From the NCBI RefSeq assembly GCF_009914755.1, contig NC_060934.1: DNA of 64,000 bases. One strand, 5' to 3'. Below are positions 19,490-37,676 of this stretch, piece after piece. The position numbers and the translations under genes are program-made. Source of the DNA: the human T2T-CHM13v2.0 reference genome, Homo sapiens. Each line of letters opens with the position of its first letter. Position 1 is the first letter of the stretch. The notes beneath the pieces were generated by a model. The model was not told where the DNA came from, searched no databases, and saw only the letters and a list, made by a program, of their open reading frames with translations.

Positions 19490-19716
19490 AATAGCATCAC
19501 TGAATAGCAAGAGCATGGGCCCCAGAGTCAGACACTTATCTGATTTGTGACCTGGCTCCACAGTTCATTAGCCATGTGACCTTGGGTAAGTTGTTTAACT
19601 TCCTTGATCCATGTCATATGGAAAGAACAGAACCTATTTCCCAAAAGTGTTGTGAGAATTAACAAGAAAACGAGAAACAAAGGTAGTGTCTGGTACACTG
19701 TTGGCACTCAATAAAT
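19490..19716 (+). mobile_element. MIR fragment
   Basis: agagcatgggccccagagtcagac...agccatgtgaccttgggtaagttgtttaac...gcactcaataaatg. Confidence 0.65.
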
Positions 19717-20869
19717 GTCAGTTTCCTCTTCTTGGTTCTGGTTTTTGAGCTTTGTAAATCATTTAATATTTGTGCACCTACATTCTTTGATCTTTAAAAT
19801 AAAGATAATAAAACTTGCTTTGCCTATATTACAGGGTAGTGGTTCTCATACATTAGTGTGTAAAGAATTATTTGAGGTCTTTATTCAAAATGCCAATATC
19901 TGGCTCACATCCCCACACATCTGCTTCAGGAGGTCTGAGCTGGAGCCTAAGAATCATGCTGCATGCATAGCAATCCCTCTAGGTGCTTCTAATGCAGGAG
20001 GACCATGGACTATACTTCTGACAAATTCTGATCTTAGCAGCACCTATAAGGGGAGAGCATTCTTGGAGGGGAAAGCAGGGTTGTGAGGGAAAGAAGAGGG
20101 AACAGAGGAAAAACTGGAAAATAAGAAAGTGAGGAAGAATATTTCTCAAGACCATCTGACTAGTAAAGTGTCAAATCGAAGTCTATGTTTCAGGACTCCA
20201 GCCTCCATCTCCAATGTTCGACAGACTGACTTCTCTGGTATTAGAGACAGAGAGAAACATCCTCCATTATAATGACAGTATTTTTGTTGTTGTTGTTAAA
20301 ATTAGAAGAAAAAAAAAAACAAGTTTAAGGTTGAAAAAAATTGTTATATGTCTTTATACCAATGGAGTGTAAATATAATTTTTAATATGTCTTTAAGGAA
20401 GGGACTCATGAAGTCAAAAGTGCCTTGGGCCCATAAAAGTCACAATGGAAGTCTGTGTATAGGAATACAGTAAAATTTCCATCCTCATCCACTTATACAG
20501 CTTTCATACCTACCCATGCTTTGAGGAAAAGATGGAATCGATAAATCAGGATTAGGCACTTAGTAGAAGTATTGTTGATTAGACACAACTAAAGACAGAA
20601 ATCTGGATATAAAATGGCAATTTTTCTATTTGTGCTTTATTGAACATATAGCATATATCATGTGGTCTGCCGTGATGGCAAAGACCATTATTTGCTTCCT
20701 AGTTTTGTCCTGCTTCTATCTCCTTTGCTCAACTTTAAATGCTTCCCATAGCTCTCTGAGCCACGATAGGAGCAGAAAACTGTCTAGCTTTCTATTCTAA
20801 CACAGGTTCAGGTTAGAATATTCCACTAGCAATTCTGTAGAATGTTGGATTAACTTCCATTCTTCATTC

Positions 20870-21470
20870 TTCACTCATTCAACAAACTGGAGTACCTATT
20901 ATGTACCAGGCTTGTTGCTAGCACTGCATATACAATAGTAAATACAACATACTTCTTGCCCTTATGGAATTTATAATCTATAAAGGACAAGCAAACAAAC
21001 AATAAATATATAGTTAGAAAGTATAACTATCTATAGCCTGTTAGTTTAGATAGAGAATTACTTCGCTAGATGACTCAAGAAAGCACTCTGATGGATGAGA
21101 AGAAACCAGTCATGTGGGGAGGAGACTGCTCTAGCATGGTACTAGCTTAGCACATAACCAGGCCCATGAGGACTGAGTGAGGTAAGAAAAAGAGAATGTG
21201 GTAGAAGATAAAAATGAAGATCTGGATAGAGGTCAGCTCATTCATTGTAAAGCCCTGCAGGCCATGGTCAAGAGATTACATTTTATTCTAAGAGAAATGA
21301 AAAGTCATTAAAGCATCTTTAGCAAGTGACTGACATCATATGAACTAGGTTTGTAAATGATTCTTCTGGCAACTGAGTGAACAGATAGGAGGGGAACAAG
21401 ATGCACGCAAGCAGAGTAGTAATGAGGGTACTGAGGCAATCCAGGTTCTCTGAATCCTCCAAATTGTAAT
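20870..21470 (-). mobile_element. L2 3'-end fragment
   Basis: cactcattcaacaaac...tacctattatgtaccaggc is an antisense L2 tail, followed by purine-rich L2 body. Confidence 0.55.
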
Positions 21471-22229
21471 TCTTTTTTTTAACGTTTCCTTTACTGCCAT
21501 CACCCACCGAAACCAGAGTGCATATTCGAAGTCAATGTGATCCAAACATGTTAGTGGAACATTAATCCCTCAAGATGGTCTCTGAAAGTAAGATGCTGTG
21601 GTCAAAAAAATTCAGAAAATTCTGCATGCTAAATCCCCTTCTTGGAGATTCCGAATGTAAACTAATATATTAAAAGCACAGGTAAGTGTTTCAGTAAATG
21701 TGTGGATCCCAGCATTTCTCAAGCTTACTTGACCATGGAATGTTTTATTTTTTTTTCCTCCACATAATGTTAATATCCTGTAGAAGTGATATTCTCCAGA
21801 GCATACTTAAGAAAGTGCTGCCATAAGTCATTCTAACCAAGAGTCAAGCAAATTCCATGTGCTTGGTTTACTGGGTCCCTTCTCCTTTACCTCTCCATTT
21901 ATTATTCTAATAGTTTAGACAATATTTTCTGAATCATCATATATTATGTAAGGATATCACCCCTCACATATGGTATTTCTTCTCTCCATTTCTACCTTCT
22001 ATTTCTATCAACTGTCTCTTTACTTTTATATTGCCAAGGTTGGCAAAGTTTTCATTCTTTCTGTAACTATAGTTCTCTTTCTTGTTTTGGGATCTGGCTG
22101 TCCTATAAGCCAGCTGTTGGATATCCTTAATTGATTCTCTATATCAATAATATTTCTCTGTCTCTGTATAAAGCTTGGTGTATAGGAGCTTTATCTTTTA
22201 TCTTCTAAATATTTTATTAGACTCTTAAA

Positions 22230-23290
22230 TGCTTTTTGGAAATATAATTTACATATCATACAATTCACTCAGAGAAGTGTTCAATTCAGTAGTTTTTATT
22301 ATATTGTAAGTGTTGTGCAACCATTAACAATCTAATTCTAGAATATTTCATCATTCCAAAAAGAAACCCTGTATCCATTACAGACACTCTTCATTTCCCC
22401 AAAATCTTCACCAGCCCTAAGCAACTACTAAACTATGTTTTGTTTCTATTGATTTGTGACATTTAATATAAAAGGAACCATACAATGTATGGCCTTTTGT
22501 GACTGGCTTCCTTCAGTGACCATAATATTTTTAAGGTTTATCCATGTTATAACATGTATTGGTGCTTCATTTCTTTTCATTGTCTAATAATATTTAATTG
22601 TATGGATATACCACATTTTCCCTATTAATCAAGTGATGAACCTTTGTTTCTATTTTTTAGCTATTATGAATACTGCTGCTATGAATATTTGCGTACAAGT
22701 TTTTGTGTGGATATATGTTTTTATTTCTCTTAGGAAGTGCTTAGCCTTATGTTAATTACATTTAACATTTTAAGTAATTGCCAGACTGTTTTCCAAAGCA
22801 GCTGAACCATATTATATTCCCATTAGCATTGTATACGGGTTCCAATTTTTCTACATCCTCTCCAGTACTTGTTATTGTATATAATCTTTTTGATTATAGC
22901 TATTTTAGTGGATGTGAGGTGGTATCTCGCTGTGGTTTTGATTAGCATTTCCCTAACAACTAACAATGTTAAGTATCTATTCACGTGCTTATTGGCCATT
23001 TGTATAACTTGGTAAATATGTCCACTCATATCCTTTCTGTCCATATTTTAGTTAGGTAATTTGTCTTTTCATTGTTGAGTTGTAAGAATTCTTTAAATAT
23101 ATTCTGGATACCATTCTCTTATCAGATATATGACTTGCAAATATTTTCTCCTATTCTGCATGTTATCTGTTCACATTCTTGATGGTGTCATTCGACACAC
23201 AAAAGTTCTTAGTTTTGGTAAAGTCCAATTTATCATTGATATATTTTATCACATTTGCCTTTAGTGTTGTATCTAAGAAATCACTCCTTA
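22230..23290 (-). mobile_element. Old L1 (L1MB-like) 3' end, minus strand
   Basis: aaatataatttacatatcatacaattcac...; ORF 22823..23044 encodes an ORF2 C-terminal remnant ([13 protein letters not shown]). Confidence 0.8.
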
Positions 23291-23561
23291 AACTTTATTA
23301 GAAAATTTCAGCAAGAATATATTTACTTTCAAAATGATCTTTTTGTACTGATTCATAGCTTTTTCATGGAAATTGCTTTTACTCCATAAATACCATATAT
23401 TTCTATATCATTATAAGGATACCAATTACAGATTTTTATTTTTAAAGCACTGGATCTTGAATTATAATTCTTCTTGGGTCAATTGTTTAATTAATTTATC
23501 TTGGTTTTTTTCTTTCATGCTACTGATTTCTTTTTTGTGTCTTGTGATCTTTGGCTCTCTA

Positions 23562-25912
23562 CAGGCATACCACAGAGGTATTGCAGGTTCAGTTCCAGAC
23601 CACTGCAATAAAGTGAATATTACAATAAAGAGAGTCACACAAATTATTTGGTTTCTCAGTACATATAAGAGTTATGTTTACACTATACCATAGTCTATTA
23701 AGTATGCAACAGCATTATGTCTAAAAGAACAATGTATATACCTTAATTCAAAATACTTTATTGCTAAAAATGATAACGATCATCTGAGCCTTCAGTGAGT
23801 CATAATCTTTTTGCTGATAGAGGGTCTTGCCTTGATATGGATGGTGCTGACTGATCAAGGTGGTGATTACTAGAAGGCTGGGATGGCTGTGGCAATTTCT
23901 TAAAATAAAACAACAGGGATGTTTGCCACATTAAGTGATTCTTCCTTTCATGGAAGACTTCTCTGTAGCATTCAATGCTGTTTGATGGCATTATACCCAC
24001 AGTAGAAACTCTTTCAAAATTGGAGTCAATCCTGTCAAACTCTGCCACTGTTTTATCAACTAAGTTTATGTAATATTCTAAATCCTTTTGTATCATTTCA
24101 ACACTGTTCAGAGAATCTTCATCAGGAGTAGATTCCATCTCAAGAAACCTTTTTATTTGCTCATTTATGAGCAACTCATCATCCATTCACATTCTATCAT
24201 GAGATTGCAACAATCGAGTCACATTTTCAGGCTACACTTCTAATTCCAGTCTTCTTGCTATGCCCACTACATCTGCAGTTACTTACTCCACTGAAGTCTT
24301 GAATCCCTCAAAGTCATCCACAAGGGCTAGAGTCCACTTCTTCCAAACTCCTGTTAATAATGCTATTTCATCTAGCATTAGGTGCAGCACACCAGCATGG
24401 CACATGTATACGTATGTAACTAACCTGCACAATGTGCACAGGTACCCTAAAACTTAAAGTATAATAATAAAAAATAAATAAATAAATAAATAAATAAATA
24501 AATTTAAAAAAATAATGCTATTTCAACCTTTTCCCATGAATCACAAATGTTCATAATGGCATCTGGAATGGTGAGTCTTTTCCAGAAGGTTTTCAGTTAA
24601 CCTTGCCCAGATCCATCAGAGAAAGAATCACTATCTATGGCAGCTATGGCCTTATAAAATGTACTTCTCAAATAATGTATTTCTTAAATAATAAGACTTG
24701 AAAGTCAACATGACTCCTTGATCTCTAGGCTGCAGAATGGAGGGTGAGTTAGCAGGCTTAAAAAATTAATTTCTTTCGTACATTTCCATCAGAGCTCTTG
24801 GGTGACCAGGCACATTGTCAATGAGCAGTAATATTTTGAAAGGAATCTTTTTTTCCTGAGCAGTAGGTCTCAGTAGTGGGTGTAAACTATTCAGTAAACC
24901 ATGCTGTAAACAGATATGCTGTTATCCAGGCTGTATTGTTCCATTTATAGAGTACAGGTGGAGCAGATTGAACATAATTCATAGAGACCCTACGATTTTC
25001 AGAGTTTCAGATTTCCAAGAGAAGGATGTCTCATCCATATTGAAAATCGGTTGTTTAGTCACTTTCATTAATTATCTAAGTTGCATCTTCTGTAGAGCAC
25101 TGGCTGCTTTCCCTTGTACTTTTTATGTTATGGATATAGTTTATTTCCTTAAACTTCATAAACAAACCTCTGCTAGCTTCCAACTTTCCTTCTGTAGCTT
25201 CCTCACCTCTCTCAGCCTTTATAGAATTGAAGAGAGTTAGGGTCTTGTCCTGGATTAGGATTTGGCTTAGGGAATATTGTGGCTGGTTTGATCTTCTATC
25301 TAGATCACTACAACCTTCTCCATAGCTGCAATAAGGCTGTTTCACTTTCTTATCATTCTTGTGTTCACTAAAGTAGCACTTTTAATTTCCTTCAAGAACT
25401 TTACCTTTACATTCACACCTTGGCTAACTGTTTGGCACAAGAAGCCTAGCATTCAGCCTGTCATGGCTTTCAACATGCCTTCCTCATTAAGCTTAATCGT
25501 ATTGAGCTTCTGCCTTAAAGTGAGAGACATGTAAGTCTTTCACTTGAGCACTCAGAGGCCATTGTAGTGTTATTTATTGGTGTAATTTTAATATTGTTGC
25601 ATCTCAGGGAATAGAAAAGCCTGAGAACAGGGAGAGAGATGCGAGAATGGCTGGTGGGTGGAGCAGACAGAACACACATTTGTTGATTAAGTTTGCCATC
25701 TTATAGTTCATGGCGCTCCAAAATAATTACAATAGCAGCATCAAAGATCATTGATTACAGATCACCATAATAGATATAATAATAATGAAAAAACGTGAAA
25801 TGTTGCAAGAATTACCAAAATGTGACACAGACACATGAAGTGAGGTACTACAAACCTTCAATTTATAAAAAATTCAATATATGTGAAGCGCAATAAATAT
25901 GAGGTTTGCCTG
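23562..25912 (-). mobile_element. Tigger1 (TcMar) DNA transposon, near full length, dead
   Basis: Terminal inverted repeats caggcatacc / gaggtttgcctg flanked by TA duplications (23560-61, 25913-14). Transposase remnants are in minus ORFs 23800..24186 and 25076..25345. Confidence 0.9.
24371..24510 (+). mobile_element. Very short young L1 (L1PA2/L1HS-like) 3'-end insertion with a 5' micro-inversion, inside Tigger1
   Basis: L1 3'UTR ggtgcagcacaccagcatggcacatg...ctgcacaatgtgcac...aacttaaagtataat with an (AAAT)n tail. The perfect 15-bp TSD aataatgctatttca is at 24356-24370 and 24511-24525. Confidence 0.9.
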
Positions 25913-26444
25913 TACTCATTTTTAAAAATTAGGGACTAAGTAGATTTGTCAAGGTAGAGGTATAGGTTTTTCTCTGTTATTGGATATATAATTTTTTTAG
26001 ATAAATCTCCTTTTGACTAGGATTTCTATTTTGTAGGCAGAGCTTGTTGAACAATATGAGACAAGAAAAACCATAATGAAAAGAAAATTCTAAGACAATA
26101 AAAACATCTTTTAGGACACACACAAGAAAAGCACTAGATTAAGATAAAATTGTCATTACATAGATGATGCATAAAAGTTTACAAAAGAAAAACAAGAAAC
26201 TGATATAACTCTAAATAGTAATTCTCATGCCTTTAGATAAAACTGATGATTAAGAATAGCCAGTTCCCAAATAAGGAAATGAAAACAATAAAATAGGCAC
26301 TTTATTAAGTAATTCCCATTTTCCAGGCCACAGGCTGATCCCTGAAGATACTAAATACGAACATGAAGATTCTATCTCTGTCTTCATAGAGTTCATATCC
26401 TAACTGGAAAGACAGTCCTGTTTAGTTCTGTAACTACCTCAATA

Positions 26445-27065
26445 AAAAAGCTTACCCAGCAATCCCACCTATGGGTATGTATCCAAAATAGAGGAAGTCA
26501 GTATATCAAAAATATTATGCACACCTCAATGTTTATTTCAGCAATATTCACAATAGTCAAGATATGGAATCAACCTGTGTCCATTAAAGGATGAATGGAT
26601 AAAGAAAATGTAGTATATATACACATGGAATACTATTCAGCCATAAAAAGAGTGAAATTCTGTCATTTTCAGCAACACGGATGGAACTGGAAGACATTAT
26701 ATTAAGTGAAACAAGCCAGGCACAAAAAGACAAATATTGTATGTTCTCATGCACATGTAGGAGCAAATGAAAAAGTGGACCTCACGGAGGTAGAGAATTG
26801 GTGGTAACCAGAGGCTAGGAAGGGAAGGAGAGAGGGAGGATAAAGAGAGGTTGGTTAATGGGTACAAAAACACAGTTAGATAGAAGGAATAAGTTCTAGT
26901 GTTCAATAGCACAGTAGTGTGACAATAGTTAACAGTGGCTTATTGTATATTCCAAATAGTGAGAAGAGATTTGGAATGTTCCCAACACAAAGAAATAATT
27001 TAAAAATTGTCATAAATATGTACAACAAATACGTACGATTTTTATGTATCAATAAAATTTTTTAA
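26445..27065 (+). mobile_element. Old L1 (L1MA-like) 3' end
   Basis: cccagcaatcccacctatgggtatgtatcc...atggaactggaagacattatattaagtgaaacaagccaggcaca...tcaataaaa. Confidence 0.8.
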
Positions 27066-27775
27066 AAACTTAGACATTGGTATAGTTTCATAAAACTGAA
27101 GTTAGTCATGATTTATAAAATCAACATAAGCCATTCAAATCATTATTTATACAATGCTTTTCAATGCTTCATAATTACAATTATGCATACTGTTTTTACG
27201 TTAGATGACCTTAAAATCAGTTGTTGAATAAGACAGATACTACTCATTCAACAAGCATTTATAACACACTTACTATGTTCCTAGATTCTGAAGATATAGA
27301 ATGAATAAAACAAATGGGGTCCTGACCCTACTCTGTGGTTTATCATGGCTGGCAGATATATAAACAAATGTTATCATCAATTTGATAAGTGCTATAGCAG
27401 AAAAATACAGTGCCATGCAAGGACAGAGGAGGCCCTAAGAAACCCTGCCTCAACATGTCAGAGAAGATCTAGAGAAAGGAGAAAAACAAGAGGAGAGGCT
27501 GGTATTCTTAACAAAATGAAACAAAATAAAAAGATGTAAAGGTATAAAAGAGTAGGGTATCTTCCAAAATTTACATTAAAAATTTACTGTACTTTGATGT
27601 AGTTAGATGTAATTAGAGGGCAAGGGGGTATCACTGCTTATTAGCTGCAAATTTAGGCAGGCGCAGACCCTAAACGTCATGAGTGCATCTGAAAGGGTTT
27701 GGATTTCAAGCAGAAGTGACTTGACCAGATGTTGCATTAAAAAAAAAAAAAAAAAAAGAAGAAGAAAAAAAACTA

Positions 27776-28064
<289 letters not shown>

Positions 28065-28313
28065 TCAGGAATCTATATGGAAAGATTATTAGAGTTTGAG
28101 GCTAGCTAGATACCAAGAAATCACTTAGAATTAAAAACAGTAAGGTTGAAAATAAAATAAGGTTTAAAATAAAAATGAAAAGAAAATGGGATATGAGGGA
28201 TAATAAGAAATCAGAAATTACAGTACTTAATAACGAATTGAGTGTGTGAACAAAGGAAAAGACTGATCTAAAACGGCTTCCATGTCTGGGTCTCAGGCAA
28301 AATGGTTATTGCA

Positions 28314-28405
28314 TTACTAACCAAATTTGGGGGATAAGAGGAAACATAAGAATTTGGTTGTGTTACTAACCAAATTTGGGGGATAAGAGGAAACATAAGG
28401 ATTTG
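28314..28405 (+). repeat. Local duplication, 43-bp unit, period 49
   Basis: ttactaaccaaatttgggggataagaggaaacataag(a/g)atttg occurs twice with a 6-nt spacer gttgtg. Confidence 0.88.
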
Positions 28406-28439
28406 AAAATGCTGAGTTATTTTCATAGTTAACAGAATT

Positions 28440-28980
28440 CAAGTTAAAACAACCATGCAACATGATCTTGCATTAATTAAAATAGGGTAAATTAATAAAA
28501 TTGACAACATTTATTGCTATAGATATTAGGGAAAAAGATATACTAATACATTGCTGCCCTGAAACCTGATGAAATTGTTCTGAAAAAAATTTGGCAACAA
28601 ATATAAAAGCCATAAAAATTATCATATACTTTGACCAAGAAACCCTACTTTTTGGAATATAGCCCAAGGATGTAATTCAAAAGAAATAAATAACCGATTT
28701 GTATAAAAATGTTTATAGCTGTGCTATGTATTACAAGCAAAATTTGGAAACAGTCCAATGCCCAACAGTGAGGGAATGCTTAGGCAGACTTTGGTGCACT
28801 AATGCAATGGTATATTTTATTGCTATTAAGAATGACAATATGAGAACTATGTAGAAATAAGGAAAGGGTCATGTGAAGCAATGAGTAAAAAATGCAGCAC
28901 TCAAAATGATGCATATACAATGATCACAACTATGTAAAATTATATCTGTATAACCAGGAGGATTAGAAAGGAATACAGAG
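28440..28980 (+). mobile_element. Ancient L1 (L1ME-like) fragment
   Basis: atactttgaccaagaaaccctactttttggaatatagcccaagg...tggaaacagtccaatgcccaacag. Confidence 0.55.
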
Positions 28981-29693
28981 CTGGTAATTTAGAGTGCTGA
29001 CATTTTTGTTATTGTTAGTTCAAGTTGCTGGGGATGTTTATGTGTTTCTAGTTATATTTCACTGTATATTTAGTACATACACATTAAGAGAGATAAATCT
29101 CTATTTTTTTTTTCTGACACATAAAAGAAAAATTCCTGATCAGTATCTTTCCTTGCCTTGCGTGATTTTAAAAAATGATTGTCAGATTCAGTCAAAACTA
29201 AATAGGAAAAGTGGTAGCAATTCTCTAGAATATCTGCTAATAGGCCTATTAAGACCTTTAATCTACCAGTATTTGTAGTGTTTTGCAACTTTTTAACCCA
29301 GCTTTGCTGGCCAAGATTTTGTAAAGCTTCACTTTCTACAAGAGGACACTGGTATAGAGTAATTTTTTTTTGTTTTAAAAAATATAAAATGATGCTATAA
29401 GATGCATAATATTAATTGTGGTTTTTCAAACAATGTTTCCTTTCCAACCCATCCTAGAGATTGTGATATACCTTCCCCATCCCACCACCCCCTGTTGACT
29501 ATGGAAGGCCTAGAAAGATGAGAAAGATGGAGAATCTCTGTCTTAGAGTGGGTGAAGCCACTATGGAAAGAGTCCCTCCTTTTTTCTTAAGACCAAAATA
29601 AATAAATAAATAAATAAATAACCAAGAGAAATGCAAATACATTAATTCATTAAATGAACAATGTCATAAGAAAAGCTAAATAATCTGACCTAC

Positions 29694-29865
29694 CCATCTA
29701 GGAGGGCGATGACATTCTTCCTCGGCCGCCCAATATTAGGGCCATATAAGCTGGCTCTGGAATAAATCCGGATGGGCTGCAACAGGCTCTTCAGCTGGAT
29801 GTAATCCTTTCCCAACTGGCTGCCATTTACTGCCCGGCCATGCATGGTCCGATAGTTATTTGGCT
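29694..29865 (-). CDS. HPSE2: HPSE2 coding exon, probably exon 5 (172 nt, phase 1-2)
   Basis: Minus strand reads ttttaatctag|AGCCAAATAAC...CTAGATGG|gtaggtc. It encodes EPNNYRTMHGRAVNGSQLGKDYIQLKSLLQPIRIYSRASLYGPNIGRPRKNVIALLDG (C-terminal part of ORF 29690..29977) and is in frame with both neighbouring exons. Confidence 0.97.
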
Positions 29866-30139
29866 CTAGATTAAAAGCAGACATGTAAGTCAGAATGAGA
29901 AGTGTAAGGTTCTGCCAACACTTTCCTGTCCACAGATCTCTCTGCCTTTTTCTTAATAATATGAAAAAAAAAAACAATAAAAAAGTGGGTGTGAATTATT
30001 TTAACTTAAAGAACCACCCAAACAAAAAAAGGTCAAGTTAGCTTGCTGTTCCATTCATTTTCAAACTAATTTTCACAAAAAGATAACCTAATCAACACCG
30101 GAGACCATACAGATTTTCAGGTGCTACTTCATAACGAAT

Positions 30140-30580
30140 TGTATACTGGATTGAACAGTGTCCCCCAAAATTTATGTCTACCAGAATCTCAGAATGTGAG
30201 CTCATTTGGAAACAGGATCTCTGAAGATATAATTAGTTATGATAAGGTCATACTAGATTACAGTGGGTCCTAAATCCAATGACTTCTGTCTTTATAAGAG
30301 AAAGGAGAAGGAAGTTCAGATACCCAGACACAGAGAGAAGAATGCCACGTGACAACAAAGATTGGAGAGATGTTGCTAGGCTAAGCATTGCTGGCAGCCA
30401 CCGGAAGCTAGGAAAGAGGCATGGAATAGATTCTCTCTCAAAACTCCCAGAAGAAACCAATACTGTTGATGCTCTGGTTTCAGATTTCTGGCCTCCTAAA
30501 ATATCAGAGAAGCAATTTTTGTTGTTTTAAGCCACGAAATTTGTGATAATTTGTTATGGCAAGCCTAGAAAACTAATACA
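30140..30580 (+). mobile_element. MLT1-family (ERVL-MaLR) solo LTR
   Basis: tg...gaacagtgtcccccaaaatttatgtc...ttggaaacagg...ctggcctcc...gttttaagccac...aactaataca. It lies ~275 nt upstream (in gene sense) of the 172-nt exon. Confidence 0.85.
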
Positions 30581-30893
30581 CATGGTAAGAAGTGAAATCT
30601 TCATAAAGATGTTCACTGCCAAAAAGTCAGAAAAAATATTAATATTCATTAATAACAAAGTAGCTAATTGAAGTAATTTTGAGCAAAGCCTCCTCTTTCA
30701 GCTTCCATTACCTTGGTAGTTCTAAAAGGGGAGAAAAATTCCCTGAAACGAGCAGCTCCACAGCTGGAGGAGGCTAATTTGATTTGGAATGGTGTGCATA
30801 CCCCAGGAAAGGCCAACATCTCAGCTGGCTTGAGACTATGATACTGGCAGGTACAAGAAATAAACCTGTAGACTTGCAAGAAATATAATAGGA

Positions 30894-34708
<3,815 letters not shown>

Positions 34709-35407
34709 GAAATATAATAGGAAAATTTGGGGAATAAGGCAGCCACAGTGAACCTTGACAATCTCACACATACTCCCTGTAATCTAGAAGGCTAAATATG
34801 CTTAGGAGGGACTACAGGATAGAAGTGTGGATAGTAGGAGGATTCCTAGCTATCCACACATTTCCAGATAAGTGTGAAACCTAGGACACTTATAAAGGAA
34901 ACATCAGAAGCCATGACTGAGAGTAAAATCCCAGTTAGACTTGTAAAAGACCTAAATTTTTAATGTGTTTCCCAACCAACACAGAGATGCACTGGCAAAA
35001 GGTGGAAGGCTTACTGGCTCAAGGGAATTAAGCAAAACCTCTGATCAATCTTCAGCTCACCATTAAGCTATGTTGACTCAAGTGCAACCCCCAGGAGACT
35101 TGTCTTAACAATTAAAAAATGATTAAGAAATAAAAAAACTTAAGAGATATCAGTAGCTACATGACTCAAGGGAGACAGACTCTATAGAGTTAGTCCAAGA
35201 CCTATGGTATGGAAGTACAGAATTCAGAGTTGGTCCAGTATATTATCTAAAATATGTAGTTTTCAACAAAAAAGCTATTATACATGAAAAAAATAGAAAA
35301 GTTTGACTCATACCAGCAAAAAACATAGAAACTGCCTCTATATTAGGGGCCCTAAATATTAGACTTGGCAGTCAAAGACTTATAAATATGTTCAAGAACT
35401 AAAGACA

Positions 35408-35728
35408 GTCTGGGCACAGTGGCTCATGCCTGTAATCCCAGCACTTTGGGAGGCCAAGGCAGATGGATCACTTGAGGTCAGGATTTTAAGACCAGCCTGG
35501 CCAACACAGTGAAACCCTGTCTCTACTAAAAATATGAAAATTAGCTGGGCATGGTGGTATGCGCCCATAGTCCCAGATACTTGGCTTGGGAAGCTGAGGC
35601 AGGAGAATTGCTTGAATCCAGGAGGCGGAGGTTGCAGTGAGCCAAGATTGCACCATTGCACTCCAGCCTAGGTGACAGAGTGAGACACTGTCTCAAAAAA
35701 ACAAAAAACAACAACAACAAAAAAAAAC
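35408..35728 (+). mobile_element. AluS
   Basis: Dimeric Alu with an A-rich tail and short TSD aactaaa. Confidence 0.9.
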
Positions 35729-36374
35729 AAACTAAAAATAATAAAGAGCTAAAGGAAAGTATAATGTTAATGATTCATCAAATAGAAATATACATAAAGA
35801 AAAAGAAATTATAAAAAACAGTCAAATAAAATTATTGAACTTAAATGACTAATCTCATACAGGAGAACACAATGAGATTAACAGCTCAGTTTTTATCAGA
35901 AAAAAATGGAGGCCAGAATATGGTAGGATGATATATTCAAAATGCTGAAAGAAAACAAAACAAAACTGATAACCAAGAATTCCATATGCAGCAAACTATC
36001 CTTGAAAACTGCATGCAAAGTTAAACATTCTGAGAAAAACAGAGAGAAGAGATTTTGTTGTGAGCAAATATGCCTTATAAGAAATAAAAAAGGAAGTCAT
36101 TCAGATTGGAATAAAATGATACCAGATGGTAACTCAAAATCACACAAAGAAATAAAAGACATAAATAAAGGTAATTACATGAATAACTGTAAAAAATATT
36201 CATTACTCTTTTCTTCTCTTAACTGATTTAAAAGACAGTGCATAAAACAAAAATACACAACTCTATTGTTGGGCTTATAAAATATAAAGATATAATATTT
36301 AGAATAATAATAGCACAAAGGACTGGGGAATGAAACTGTACTGAAGCAAGTTTCTGTATTAAACTAGAATTAAG

Positions 36375-36674
<300 letters not shown>

Positions 36675-36764
36675 AACCTAGAATTAAGTTAGTATTACTT
36701 GAAAATAGATTGTGATGAGTTAAGATGTATTGTGATAAGAAACTACTAAGAAAATAACAAAACA

Positions 36765-37085
36765 GGGTGGGTGTGGTGGCTCATGCCTGTAATCCCAGCA
36801 CTTTGCTAGGCTGAGGTGGGAGGATTGCTTGAGCCTAGGTGTTCAAGACCATCCTAGGCAACACAGTGAAACCCCATGTCTACGAAAAATTTTAAAAATT
36901 AGCTGGGTGTAGTGGCATGCACCTGCAGTCCCAGCTACTCAGGAGGCTAAGGTGGGAGAATCGCTTGAGTCCAAGAGGTTGAGGCTACAGTTGGCTGTAG
37001 TTGTACCACTGCACTCTAGCCTGGGCAACAGAGCAGGGCCTTGTATGAAACAAAAGAAAAGAAAAGAAAAGAAAAGAACAAAACA
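36765..37085 (+). mobile_element. AluJ-like
   Basis: ggaggattgcttgagcc and gaggttgaggctacag diagnostics, with a (GAAAA)n tail. Confidence 0.88.
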
Positions 37086-37365
37086 ATGAAAACAGTACCT
37101 TAGACAATATTTCTTTTACATAAAAAGGCATGAAAAGTGAGACAGAGGAACAAAAATGCCACGAGATAAATGGAAAACAGCAAGATGGCACATGTAAAGT
37201 CAATTATATCAACAATCTCAAATAATGGAAATGGATTAAATACTCCAATTAAAAGCAGAAATTATCAGACTGAATAAAAAATAGATCCTAATATGAGACA
37301 TATTTCAGATTCAAAAATACAAACAGATTGAAGGTAAAATTTTTTTTTAAAAGGTAGACTATGTA

Positions 37366-37676
<311 letters not shown>

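Noticed and set aside
29866-29977. N-terminal part of ORF 29690..29977 (MFFFFILL...SAFNL)
   Set aside because: Intronic read-through upstream of the AG acceptor. Only 29694-29865 matches HPSE2.
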